Source: Geosiphon pyriformis uo1
Taxonomy: Eukaryota; Fungi; Glomeromycota
DNA length: 64,000 bases
Assembly (NCBI GenBank): GCA_016748015.1
Contig: JAAOMT010000046.1
Coordinates: 62,001 to 126,000 of the forward strand
Direction: 5' to 3'
Shown here: one piece after another, positions 35,690 to 49,300 of the stretch
How the letters are laid out: every line of letters begins with the position of its first letter
Numbering within the stretch: the stretch's first letter is position 1
Translations under genes and position numbers: made by a program
Notes under the pieces: model-generated
What the model was told of the DNA's origin: nothing
The model's input: only the letters and a program-made list of their open reading frames with translations
The model's database searches: none

Positions 35690-36346
35690 TTAATAAAAAC
35701 TATGTGTTTCAACCATAACATCATCCTCTCCAAAGAAATTGAGCTCTGGCGAAATCAAACTATTTATGAGATAGTCTATGTGAAGGGTTTTGTTTAACTC
35801 AAAACTAACTAGTTTGTTGAAGTCTTTTGTGGATAGAGTATATAGTACTTAAGGCGAAATAAGCTTTGTATTTAAGAGACCAAATCTTTGTATTAGAGTT
35901 CTGGCTCTTCTAGCAATGGTCAAAACTCTTGGGACTTCCAATCATATAATGCCCAAAATTTCTACTTGTATCTCTGAAGTTGTTTTCTTCATGAGCTTCA
36001 TGTCTTCTATGATTTCACCAAGACAACCATAGAGTTCTAGTTGTCTTCCATATGACAAGTTTTTGTCTATGGGTAAGATTTCTTGTATCATTTTTCCAAT
36101 TGTGCTGGAAGGTGAAAGTATTGCTGCTGTTATGCTTTCCAGCAGGTATTTATTCATTTTGCCACCAATTCTTTCTCTTCTGATAGTTGTTTTCTTTGGT
36201 CTAATAACAGTATAAGTTCCATTGTTGTCTGTTATAGTGGTTTGTTTTCCAATAGTCAGAGTAGCATTTGGATAGTTCTTGATCCAGTACTCATGGAGAG
36301 TATAGAAAGTGTTTTGAATGTTTTGATCCAGGAAATAATTGTTCAT
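35690..36346 (-). pseudogene. ORF3 of element B (218 codons)
   Basis: MNNYFLDQNIQNTFYTLHEYWIKNYPNATLTIGK...ELNFFGEDDVMVETHSFY*; internal stops at 35942-35944 and ~35848-35850. Confidence 0.7.
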
Positions 36347-36387
36347 ATCAATTGAAGATACCTCTGTTTTGGGAATGGTGTATTTAT

Positions 36388-37701
36388 TTATATCTAATTT
36401 TTGCTGATCATTTGGGTCGGTATTACCACAACAGGTAACCAATCAGGTCGTTTGTGATATTTCTTGAGTCGCGTGCCATGAACAGGGTGATTACTGAATA
36501 TTGTTCCATATTGATCTTGTAAGATATAAGAACCATTGTTCAAAACTTTGTTGACTATAAAAAGTTTTTTCCACCAGCTAGAGAATTTATCACCATAGAC
36601 ATTGTCTCTATCTGAACGGTATTTCAAAACTAAGTTACCAACACTTAAGGAAAGTGTTTTATAGGTCTTTTTCTTTTTGAGCTTCTCTTGGAACTGTTTT
36701 ATCTTTTCAAAGGCAATTATTCATGCTTCTACTAATGAGTTAAGAATGGTACCAAGTCTTCTTTGCAAAATGTTCTTGTAATCTCCTATTGTTATTTCTT
36801 CAAAAAATATTGTTTCTATATCTATTTCTATTGGTAGAGTTGCCATTTGTCCATAGAGCAAATAAAAGGGTTCATAACTTGTTATGTTATGATTCACAGT
36901 TCTGTAAGCAAACAAGACTGAAGGCAATACTTTGTCCCATAGGTTGGTTTCTTCACTGGTTTTGGCTAGGGTTTCACATAGTGTTCTATTGAAACGTTCT
37001 ACTAGGCCATTTGTTTGGGGGTGATAAGGAGAAGAGAGTTTATGACATATTCCCATTTTTCTGCAAAGTTCTTCAACCAGTGTACTGAGAAAAGCTCTTC
37101 CTCTATCAGATAAAAGTTTTTTGGAGCAGCCGTGGCGACAGATAATATCTTCATAAATGAAATTGGCAATTAAGACTGCTGTTTGATTTGGGGTGGCTCT
37201 TGCTTCTACCCACTTTGTAAGATAGTCAGTAGCTGTGATAATGTATCTGTTGCCATCAGGAGTTACTGTTAAAGGTCCAACAACATCTATACCAATTCTA
37301 TCAAATGGTTGACCAACAGAGATTGGATAGATATCTTCCTTGCAATTGGGTTTTCCTCTTTTTTGGCAGGTATCATAGGTTTTGATGTATTCAGCAATGT
37401 CTTTTCCCAAGGTAGGCCAATAATAGCGAGCTAAAGTTTTCTGAATTGTTTTTGTTTTTCCAAAGTGTCTAGCTAATGGATCAGTGTGCATATTGTAGAT
37501 CACAATTTCTCTTTCTTCAAATCTAATAACTCTCTGGGGGCAGTCAGGATCTTTTTTATTTCTTTTATATAACTGGTTCAGGTGAATCAAATAGAAATTT
37601 GATTGTTTGCGCAAATGTTCTCTTTGCTGTCGAGTATAGTCCGGCGGGTATTGTCCTTTACCCAAAAATTTCATTAAAGTAGAGTAGTTGTCCAAGTCCA
37701 T
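36388..37701 (-). pseudogene. Integrase ORF of element B
   Basis: MDLDNYSTL...; 'IGIDVVGPL', 'LLSDRG', 'QTNGLVERFNRTL' (D,D35E); 326-aa open stretch. Confidence 0.93.
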
Positions 37702-37766
37702 TATCGTGTTTGTTTGTGGAGGAGTTACAAATAATTAAGTTGGTTTGGTTTGAGAGGGTTTTACTA

Positions 37767-40353
37767 TCACTGGATGGTAAGTCTGGAGAGAGCGTCAGCG
37801 TTTTGATGATTAGCTTCTTTGCGGTGTTGAATGTCATAGTCAAATTTGTCCAAGTGAAGTATCCAGCGAGTTATCCGTTTATGTTCCAGGTTTCTTTTGT
37901 TGTGTAGTCAAACCAAAGCTTGGTGATCTGTTACCACCAAAAATTTCACACCCTTAAGATATTTGTCCCAGTAGCTGGTAGCCCAAACTACTGCTAAGCA
38001 TTCCTGCTCAGTAACTGAATAGTTCTTTTCTGCTGGTGTGAGAGTTCTACTAGCATATGCTATGGCGTGTTCTCTGTTATCTTCATCTTTTTGGGAAAGA
38101 ACAGCACCAAGTCCATAGCCAGATGCATTAGTGTGAAGGATAAAAGGTTGATCCAAATTAGGTTGCATGAGGATGGGTTTTGTAACCAGTTTTTCCTTCA
38201 GAATTTCAAATGCTTTTTGTTGATGAGTGCCCCAGTAATAATTGATGTTTTTCCTAAGTAGCTGATTGAGAGGAGCAGTGATTTTGAAGAAATTCTTGAC
38301 AAACTTGCAATAATAAGAGGCCAAACCAAGAAAAGAGCATAGTTCATGAACATTTATTGGTTGTCTAATGTTTTGAACTTTTTCAATTTTGGCTGGATCA
38401 GGGAAGATTCCATCTTTTGTAATAAGATGGCCAAGGAACTGGGTGGATTGACATCTAAAGAATAATTTAATTGGATTGATCTTGAGACCAGCATTTCTAA
38501 GGAGGTCAAAAACCTTCTGCAAATGTTCAAGATGTTCATCCCAGGTTTTTGAGTACACCATTATGTCATCCAAGTAGACTAGAACAAAGTTTTCTTTTAC
38601 TGATTCAAATACTTTGTCTATTAAGCATTGAAATGTGGGAGGAGCATTTGTGAGACCAAAAGGCATGACTGTGAATTCGTAGGTACCATACTTGGTGATG
38701 AAAACAGTTTTCTTTTTGCTTTCTGGATCCATCTCTACTTGCCAAAATCCAGCAGTTAAGTCAATGGTTGAGAAGAAAGCAGCACCATGGAATTGGTCTA
38801 GCATTGCATCAATCTTGGAAAGTGAGTACATGTCTCTTTCAGTAATGGCATTTAATTGGTGATAGTCAACACAAAAGTGTAGGGTTCCTCCTTTCTTTGA
38901 TACTACTACAACTGGGAATGCCCATTCACTCTTGGTTTCCTGTATGAATCCAAGAGTTTTCATTCGGGTTATTTCCTTTTTGATAAACTCATCATTGCAC
39001 CAGTTGGATTGATAAGGCTTCAAATGGATGGGGCGAATTTCTCTGGTAATAATGGTGTGTTGTATCACATGTGTACATCCAGGAGGTTCACCTTCTTTTG
39101 AGATAACTGGGCTGTTTCTAGCCAGCAGATTTTCAATGTCTACTTTTCTTTCTTCTGAAGAGGGTTCTCTTTGTTCTACAACCAGTAATTGGATTTCAGG
39201 TAGGAGAATATAATGGTTTGTCGCACCAGCACCAGGCACAAGGACTATGCCACCAATAACTGTATTTGGCTTTCTTGCCTGGCTTTCTGTCAAAGGTTCT
39301 TCTGAGCATGTCATAATAAGGCCAGCAGATCAGCTTGCCATTGACAATGATTCCTTCTTTATCTGCCTTGACATTATCCAGTGATTTGCTATTGCTAGTG
39401 AAGATGGTATAGACAAGTTCAGCAGTTTCTTTTTGTTCTTCTTGTTCTTCTTCTTCCTCACTTTCTTCATCATCTGATTCATCTGATTCATTTTCTTCTG
39501 GGCTCTGCTTGGATACTGGGGGAGTTGTCCAATAGCGACACTTAACCACAATGAGTTTCTTACCACATCTGATGGTTAGTTCACAGAGTTCATAATCAAG
39601 CAAAGCCTTTGCTTTCTTGAGCCATTCATTGTCAACAATGATGGTGTATTTTTTTGCTTTAGACACTTCCATATTAGTTTCAATGCTGATGCCATTGATG
39701 CGGACAGGAATAGCTTTGGCTATGCCAAGCCCTTTTTTTTTATCACCATGCACATTGGTCATTGGTCATGTGGATGGTTCATCAATTTTTCTGCCAATTG
39801 CTTCAAGAAAGTGTTTGGCAATAACACTAACAGATGATCTACTGTCTAGGATCAAATCAATGAAGTAGCCAGCCACTTGGGCTTTACAAATTAGAGGAGT
39901 GACATTGCTATTGTCAGCAAGTCCAGCTTGGCAAGGGCGTTTGTTGGTTTTGGGTGTCTTTTTCTTTGGAATCAGGAATTTGCAAAGATCTTTTCTAAAT
40001 TGTGGATGGGTCATCAATTGGCCAAAGGTTATATGTGCTGGGGTTTCCATAAGGTCTTTGACAACAGAATAGGGACCGGATTTTTGTACTATTTCTGGAG
40101 GTTCCAACTTTGGAGAGTTCTTGAAAACTTTGGCTTTTGGGGGCTTATTGTTGTCAGCAGTTGATGTAGAAGCTTTATTGGGGTCTAGAATGAAATCAAC
40201 TTTGGCTTTCTTCTTCTTTCTTGTGGATTCAGAGGGGTTGATTGCTAATTCATCCATGTCATAGTCATCATCAGTTAAGTTAAAAGTGTAAAAAAGGTTT
40301 TCTCCTGGTTGGCTTGTACTCTCACCCTTTGGAGGTGCACCTACCAGTTTAAA
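37767..40353 (-). pseudogene. pol: PR-RT-RNase H region of element B
   Basis: 'LILDSRS' protease, 'VYLDDI' RT, RNase H. Ends 'ALSRLTIQ' followed by TGA TAG TAA. ~107-bp frameshifting deletion near 39201. Confidence 0.92.
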
Positions 40354-41894
40354 GGCTGATAAACAGTGGCTTCAACTAGGGAATCTTCTCCAAAGAAATT
40401 GATGTTAACATAATTGGGTCTTTGGTTGGGCACATTGTTGTTGTTGATCCTGTTGTTCTGAGCATTATTGTTTCTGAATACTGGTGGAAGCAGTGGAGGA
40501 TTGTTGCAATCTCTTGAAAAGTGTCCAGTTAATCCACAGCGATAACATACAGGTGGGCCACAATTTTGTTGTCTTTGATAAGGTGGTTGCTGGGGCTAAT
40601 TGAAGCATGGTTCAAATCTGGGTCTTTGTGGTTGCTGATTTTCTCTGACTGCTTGGGCTAAGGGTTCTAATAATTGAGCAAGATTTGCTGTAAGTCTGTC
40701 TATTAACTGTTCATTTGGATCTTGAGTGTGAGTGGCAAAAGAAATAGCAGCCATTTGAGGGACAGGAGCCATAACAGAAACAGGAGCAAAAACTGGTAGT
40801 GTGGATTCCAAGTGCATCCTTTGGTTGTCTTCAATTCTTTGTGCTAATTCAATGGCCATATCCATAATGGGATTATCTTTCAGGGCCAGGAGGGGCCAAA
40901 GAGCATACGATAGATCAGTTCTCAATCTTTTTGTGAAGGACTAAATTTTTTGCTCTTCTGTCTAATTTCTTCCAGTATCTACTTGTTTGATTAACTTTCT
41001 GATTGCTTTGGCATATTCGGTTACAACTTCACTGGGATCTTGGGTTTTTCTTTCCAATTTCATATGCCATTTTAATATTAATATTGGGGTTCTGAACTTG
41101 TTTTTAAACCGGGTAGTGAAAGAAGTGTTGATTTCTCCCACATTTGCTGGTGTCCATCTAATGATTCTTTGCTGGGCATTGGCATCTGTTTCTTGTGAGA
41201 ACCAGGTAGCAGGGGATCCTTGAAGGTAGCCACCAACAATTTGGAACTTGTACTCATCATCATATTAATTGGCTATAGCGGCTCTTTCAAAGTCATTCAA
41301 CCATTCAATTGGATCTTGTGCATCACCTCTAAATAATGGTATTGGGGTGTTGTTTCTTCACCTTAGAGCAGTTTGTATATCTTGAAGAGCGGCCAGAATG
41401 TTTGCTTGCATGGGGTCATTAGCCATTGGTTCAGGGGTAACTGTTTGTGTAAACGAGTCTGATTCGCTTGATAAAAGATCAAAAACAGGGGCAGTTTAGT
41501 AGCTTTCTTCTTTTGTTTCAAAGGGAGTTTCAGTTGCTTGATGGGCAGCAATCCAAATGTGAATTTGATGATTCAGATATTCGAAATCAAAGGGCTGTTG
41601 TTCAAAGGTTGCAGAATATAAGAGCTGATTAATACTGTTGTTTCTTTCTTCAAAGTTATTTTCAAAATAAGCTTGGTCAAAGTAATAGGTTGTATAAGCA
41701 TTGTAGATTTCAGCTGAATGCTTGTTCAGGAACCAGTTCCAAAAGTCTTGGAATTGTCTACTGGATTGTTTTTCAAGGGGGAAGCAAATCAAGCAGGAGG
41801 GCAGAGGATTAAGTTCAATAAAACTTTGGTCGTTTCTGTTGTGTGCTGCAAAGTGTTCTTCTGATTGCTATGGCAGATATGAGTAATCACTCAT
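40341..41894 (-). pseudogene. gag: Gag of element B
   Basis: Collinear with A gag; CCHC knuckle 'CYRCGLTGHFSRDC' at ~40506-40547. Confidence 0.85.
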
Positions 41895-43376
41895 ACAATG
41901 AGAGAATAAGTGAATTTTGACAACCTTACAGAGAGCACCACTTTTATGTTATGGGTTGGAGTAACAAGCTAACGGATAGCAAAGGAGAACAGTATTGTAG
42001 AGTGATAGAAATAAACAAAGAAGGAATTACAATAAGGAAGTGAATTGAATAAGTAGGAATTCAATATGCATGATCAGTCTCATAAAAATCACAGTCACTA
42101 ATCTTTTCTTAAATCTGAAGATAGAGGAATAGTCCGTGATTGTCAACAAGATAACACTGCTGCTATTATTCTATGCCTCAACTTAGCAATTCTTAGAATC
42201 AATAACAGATATCATTGTACTTTTCAATTGTTTCTTTATTCAATGAATTACAAGAGCAAGCCAATTGCTTCTTAGGCTAATTCTAACAAATACAAATCAA
42301 GAAGAAGAAAAAATAAGGTATGTGAATGCCAACAAGTAGATACTTGAAAGTAAGGAAAGGGGAATAAGCGATTATGAGAGGAAGTAATTAATATTGTTTA
42401 TTTCGTTACTTTGATTATGTCTTTTTACAGCTAAGGGAATTATCGCTTATATAGCTATCTAAAGTGGTCAACGATTAGGTCAATGATCAGGTCAATAATC
42501 AGGTCAACAATCAGGTCAATGATCAGGTCAATGATCAGATCAACAGTTAGGTCATTGATCAGGTTAACAATCACTATCTAAAAATAGAGTGGCTAATTAT
42601 ATGACATCAGTGGCTAATACATGTGATAATTAATAAAAACTATGTGTTTCAACTGTAACAATATATATTTTTTTAATATAATAACTAGTTTATTCTAGTA
42701 TTTATATTTTTTTAATAAGTAATCTTAATTCTTATAATTATATTTATATTTTTTTTAATATTTTTTATTAAACAATTTTTGATGTTATAATTTTAATGCC
42801 TTTTTTTTAATCAATTAGTAAAACAATAAAAACAAATAAAATAGAAATTAATATTTTATTAATAGTTATAATTAAGAGTTATTGTTTTAATATTTTAAGT
42901 TAATATAATTAATATTAATAGTATTAATATAAAAAATGATTGGATTTTAACAAAATAAGTTTGAATTTATGAATAAATTAAGTAAATATAATTAATTAAT
43001 ATCTTTATTAAAGTGATTATAATTTGATAAAAGTAATAATAAAAGATTAAACTAATCTTAAAAATAAGTTTAATTGGTTTTTAAATATTGTTTTTTTTGG
43101 ATTTTAATATTTTTGCTATAGATATATAAATCTTTATAATATAAAATTCCTAAAATTTTTACAATTCTTTGAAGTTATTATTAAAATTTTTGATATTCTT
43201 AAAATTTTTAGTATTTTTGTTAATATTTCTAATATTTCTAATATTATATGTTTTATTAATTTTCTATTTGGCTATTTTATTATTATTTTTTATTTTTTTA
43301 TATAAGTAATAATAACTAAATCATTGATTAAATTATTGATTATTTTCTAAAAATAAGGTAACTAATTATATAATAT

Positions 43377-46300
43377 TGTTATGGATTGGAGTAACAAGCT
43401 AATGGATAGCAAAAAAAAATAGGATTGTAGGATGATAAAAAAATTCAAAGAGAATTCAACTTCAAAAAGTAAATTGAATAAGTATAGATTCAATATGTGA
43501 GATCAGTTTTATAAAATATATTAGTTGCTATACTTTTCAAAAAATAACTGGGAAATCTGAAGATAAAAAATAGTCTGTACTGTTAATAAATAATTACACA
43601 CTAGTATAATTCTATGTCTCATGTTAGAGCTCTTAAAATTCAATATCAAGTATTAGATGTACTCTTTAATTACATTTTATTCAATAATTTTTAAATGCTA
43701 CAATTACACATTTCAGAAAAAAAGTAGAAAATAATTAACAAGTAATCTTTTATTCCAAGATATTCAGATACTTGAAGATAGGGAAAGAGATATTAGCAAT
43801 AAGAGAAAAATTAAGATGAAAGTTGTTATTTTATTTATTTAATTTCTGACATGTATTTTTACAGCTAAGAAATTTATTGCTTATATAGCTATCAAAAGTG
43901 GTTAATAATTAGGTCAACAGTCAGGTTATTAATTAGGTCAATGATTACAATCTAAAAATAGAGTGGTTAATTATATAACTTCAGTAATTAATACATGTAA
44001 TAACTAATAAAAAGTATGAGTTTCAACTATAACATTATTCTTTCCAAATTGAGCTCCAGCAAAATCAAGCTATTTATGATATAATCTATTTAAAGGGTTT
44101 TGTTTAACTAAAAGCTAACTAGTTTGTTGAAGTCTTTTGTAAATAGGATATATAATACTTGAGACAAAATGAGTTTTATATTTAAGAGACCAAATCTTTG
44201 TATTAGAGTTTTGGTTCTTTTAGCAATAGTTAAAACTTTTGGGATATTTAATTATATAATGTCCAAAATTTTTACTTGTATCTCTGAAGTTGTTTTCTTC
44301 AAAAGTTTTATATTCTTTATAATTTTACCAAAATAATCATAAAATTCTAATTGCCTTCTATATGGCAAGTTTTTGTCTATGGGTAAAATTTTTTGAATTG
44401 TTTTTCCAATTGTGCTAAAAGATAGAAGTATAACTGCTATTATACTTTCCAACAGATATTTATCCATTTTGCTATTAATTTTTTCTCTTCTGGTAATAGT
44501 TTTCTTAAGTTTAATAACAGTATGTGTTTTACTGTTAACAATTATGGTGGTTTGTTTTTCAATAATCAGAGTAATATTTGAATAATTTTTGATTCAATAC
44601 TCATAAAAAGTATAGAAAGTGTTTTAAATGTTTTGATTCAGGAAATAATTATTCATGTTGATTGAATATATTTCTGTTTTGAAAATAGTGTATTTATTTA
44701 TACTTGATTTTTGCTGATTATTTAAGTCGGTATTATCACAACAGACAACCAATCAGGTCGTTTATGATATTTTTTAAGTTGTGTATTATAAACAGAATAA
44801 TCATTAAAAATTGTTCTAGATTGATTTTAAAGAATATAAGAATCATTGTTTAAAACTTTGTTAACTAAAAAAGACCTTTTTCACTGGCTAAAGAATTTAT
44901 CACCATAGACATTGTCTCTATCTAAACAGTATTCTAATATCAAGTTACTAACACTTAAGAAAAGTGTTTTATAGGTTTTTTTTTTTTAAGCTTTTCTTGG
45001 AACTGTTTTATCTTTTTAAAAGCAATTATTCATGTTTTTACCAAAAAGTTAAGAATGATATGAAGTCTTTTTTGCAAAATGTTTTTATAATTCTTTATTG
45101 TGATTTCTTTAAAGAGTATTGTTTTATGTCAGTTTCTATTGGTAGTGTTGCCATGTGTTTATAGAGCAGATAAAAAAATTCATAACTCGTTATGTTATGA
45201 TTTACAGTTCTATAAGCAAAATAAGCTGAAAGCAGTACTTTGTTTCATAAGTTTGTTTTTTTACTGGTTTTGGCTAAGGTTTTACATAGTATTTTATTGA
45301 AATGTTCTATTAAACCATTTGTTTGAGGGTGGTAAGAGGAAGAAAGTTTATAACATATTCCTATTTTTCTACAAAGTTCTTTAACCAGTATACTGAGAAA
45401 AGCTCTTTTTTTATCAAATAAAAGTTTTTTGGAACAGTCATGACAGCAAATAATATCTTCATAAATGAAATTGGCTATTGAGACTACTGTTTAGTCTGAA
45501 GTAGCTCTTGCTTTTACTTATTTTGTAAGATAGTCAGTAGCTGTGATAATGTATCTATTGCCATCAGGAGTTATTGTTAAAAGTCTAACAATATTTATGC
45601 CAATTCTATTAAATAGTTGACTAACAGAAATTGAATGGATATCTTTTTTTCGATTGGATTTGCCTTTTCTTTGGCAAATATTACAGGTTTTGATGTATTT
45701 AGCAATGTCTTTTCCTAAGATAGGCCAATAATAGTGAGCTAAAGTTTTCTGAATTGTTTTTGTTTTTCCAAAGTGTCTAGTTAATAAGTCAGTATGCATG
45801 TTGTATATTCCAATTTTTTTTTTTCAATTTAATGACTTTTTGGAAACAGTCAGAATTTTTTCTGTTTTTTTTATATAACTGGTTCTAGTAGATCAAATAA
45901 AAATTTGATTGTTTGTACAAATATTCTCTTTGTTGTCAAGTGTAGTCTGGTAGATATTGTCTTTTATTCAAAAATTTCATTAAAGCAGAGTAGTTGTTTA
46001 AGTCCATTATTGTGTTTGTTTATAAGAAAGTTATTAATAATTAAGTTAGTTTGGTTAAGAGATTGTACTATTACTGAATGGTAAGTCTAAAGAAAGCATT
46101 GGTATTTTAATGATTAGCTCTTTTGCAATGTTAAATATCATAGTTAAATTCATCCAGATGAAGTATTCAGTGAATTATCTATTTATGTTTTAGCTTCTTT
46201 TTGTTATGCAGTCAAACCAAGACTTGATGATCTGTCACTACTAGAAATTTCACATCAAGAAGATATTAATTTCAATAACTAGTAGCCCAAACTATTGCTA

Positions 46301-49300
46301 AGCATTCTTGTTCAATAATTAAATAGTTTTTTTCTGCTGATGTAAGAGATCTACTGGCATATACTATAGCATGTTCCTTGTCATTCTCATTTTTTTGTGA
46401 GAGAATAGCACCAAGTTTATAGCCAGATGTATCAGTGTAAAAGATGAAAGATTAATTCAAGTCAGATTGCTTAAGAATTGGTTTAGTAACAAGTTTTTCC
46501 TTTAGAGTTTTAAAAGCTTTTTGCTGATAAGTATTTCAGTAATAATTGACATTTTTTTTGAGTAGCTGATTAAGAGAAAAAGTAATTTTGGAGAAATTCT
46601 TGATAAATTTGTGATAATAAAAAGCCAAACCAAAAAAAAAGCATAGTTCAAGAACATTTATTGATTGTTTAATGTTTTGGACTTTTTCAACTTTAGCTGG
46701 ATCAGGAAAGATTCTATCTTTTGTAATAAGATAACCAAAAAACTGGGTGGATTGGCATCCAAAGAAAAATTTGATTGAGTTTATCTTAAGACCAGCATTT
46801 CTTAGAAGGTCAAAAACTTTTTGTAAATGTTCTAGATATTCATCCCAAGTTTTTGAGTATACTATTATGTTGTTCAAATAGACCAGAACAAAGTTTTTTT
46901 TTTACTGATTCAAACACTTTGTCTATTAAGCATTGAAAGATAAAAGGAGCATTGGTAAAACCAAAAGACATAATTGTGAATTCATAGGTGCCATACTTGG
47001 TGATGAAGACAGTTTTCTTTTTGCTTTCTGAATCTATCTCTATTTGTCAAAATTCAGCAATTAAGTCAATAATTAAAAAGAAAACAGCACTATTGAATTT
47101 GTTAAGCATTGCATTAATTTTAAGGAGTAGATATATATCTCTTATAGTAATAACATTTAATTGGCAATAGTTGACACAAAAGTATAGGGTTCCATCTTTC
47201 TTAAATATTACTACAATTAAAAAAGCCTATTTACTCTTGGTTTTTTGTATGAATCCAAGATTTTTTATTTGAATTATCTCTTTCTTGATGAATTTATTAT
47301 TGTATTAATTAGATTAATAAGGCTTTAAATAAATATGGTAAGTTTTTTTGGTGGTAATGATATGTTGTATTACATAGGTTCATCTAAGAGTATTACTTTC
47401 TTTTAAGATAACTGAACTATTTCTAGCCAACAAATTTTCAATGTCTATTTTTCTTTTTTCTGAAGAGAGTTTTTTTTGTTCTATTACAAGTAATTGAATC
47501 TTAAGTGGTTTACTCTTAAAAGACTTTTGTACTTCTCTTAATTTTTCTCTTAGTATTAAACTAATTAGCTCTCAATCTTTATAATAGATTAGGCAAGACT
47601 TGTATTCATCACTAGAAGAATACAAAAGTTTATCACACCAGCACCTAACACAAGAATCATGCTATTAATAGCTGTATTTGGCTTTCTTGCCAGGTTTTCT
47701 ATTAAAAATTCTTCTGAGGATATTATAATAAAGTCAACAGATTAGCTTGCCATTTACAATAATTCTTTTTTTGTTAGTTTTAACATTATTTAATGGCTTG
47801 TTATTGCTAGTAAAGATGATATAGGCAAGTTTAACAGTTTTTTTTTGTTTTTTTTAATCTTTTTCATTATCACTCTTATCATTATCTGATTCATCTGTTT
47901 GTTTTTCTTCTTGGTTTTGCTTGGGTATTGAAAGAGTTGTCCAATGATAGCACTTAACCACAATGGGCTTTTCACCATATTTAATAATTAGTTCACAAAG
48001 TTCATAATCAAATAATGCTTTGGCTTTCTTGAGTTACTTATTGCCAATAATTATAATGTACTTTTTTGTTTTAGATACTTTCATGTCAGTTTCAATGCTA
48101 ATGTCATTGATGTAAACAGAAATAGCTTTGGTTATGCCAAGATCTTTTTTTTGTTATTATGTACATTGGTTATAGGCCAAGTGAAAGATTTATTAATTTT
48201 TCTTTCAATGGCTTCCAGAAAGTGTTTGACAATTATACTAACAGATAATCTACTGTTTAGAATCAAATCAATAGAGTAGTCAGCCACTTGGGCTTTGCAA
48301 ATCAGAGGAGTAACATTGCTGTTGTTAATGAGTTCAGCTTGGCAAGGGTGCTTGTTGGTTTTTGGTGTCTTTTTTTTTGGAATCAAATATTTGTGAAGGT
48401 TTTTTCTGAATTGTGAATAGGTTATTAACTGGCCAAAGGTAATATGAGTTGGGGTTTTCATAAGATTTTTGACAACAGAATAGGGACCAGATTTTTGTAT
48501 TATTTCTGGGGTTTTAACTTTGAAAAATTTTTAAAAATTTTAGTCTTTGGTGCTTATTGTTGTCAGCAGTTGATGTGAATACTTTCTTTGGGTCTAGAAC
48601 GAAATCAACCTTGGCTTTTTTCTTTTTTTTTGTTGATTCAGAGGTGTTAATTGCTAGTTTATTTATGTCATGGTTATTATCAATTAAATTAAAAGCATAA
48701 AAGATGTTTTTTTCTAGTTGACTTGCATTTTTACCTTTTGGAAGTGTGCCTACTAATTTAAAGACTAATAAACAATGGCTTTAACTAAAAGATTTTTTCC
48801 AAAGAAATTGATGTTGACATAATTAAGTCTTTAATTGAGGATATTGTTGTTGATAGTTTTGTTGTTTTAATTGTTATTGTTTTTGAAAGCTGAAGAAGAC
48901 AAAAAAAAATTGTTGCAATTTCTAAAAAAATGTTCAGTTAATCCACAGTGATAACACACAAGTGGGTCATGATTTTGTTGTCTTTGATAAGGGAGTTGTT
49001 GAGACTAATTAAAATGGGGTTCAAATTTGAATCTTTGTAATTACTAATTATCTTTAACTGCTTGGGCTAAAGATTCCAGTAACCAGACAAGATTAACTGT
49101 GAGTTTATTTATTAACTGTTCATTTGGATTTTAAGTTTGGGCAGCAAAAAAAGTAGCAGTTATTTGAAAAGCAAAAACCATAACAGAAGCAGGAGCAAAA
49201 ACTGGAAGTATGGATCTTAAATGCATTCTTTGATTGTCTTCTATTTTTTGAACAAGTTCAATAGTTATATTCATTGTGAGATTATCTTTCAGGGCCAGGA

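Larger units (their letters stand above)
35007..42660 (-). mobile_element. Ty3/Gypsy family 1, copy B (best preserved; LTR subtype differs from A and C)
   Basis: LTRs 35007-35720 and 41947-42660 (both 714 bp). TSD ATAT at 35003-35006 and 42661-42664. PBS 41924-41940; PPT 35721-35731. Confidence 0.97.
34870..43310 (-). mobile_element. Decayed family-2-like LTR (~34870-35006 + 42665-~43310) inserted in the D 5' LTR and split by element B
   Basis: 34945-34985 resembles 3425-3460 and 42841-42900 resembles 3705-3765; ends imprecise. Confidence 0.55.

Noticed and set aside
36789-41223. Plus-strand ORFs antisense to element B (and equivalents in A and C)
   Set aside because: Short shadow ORFs of the coding strand with inconsistent starts and stops between copies.
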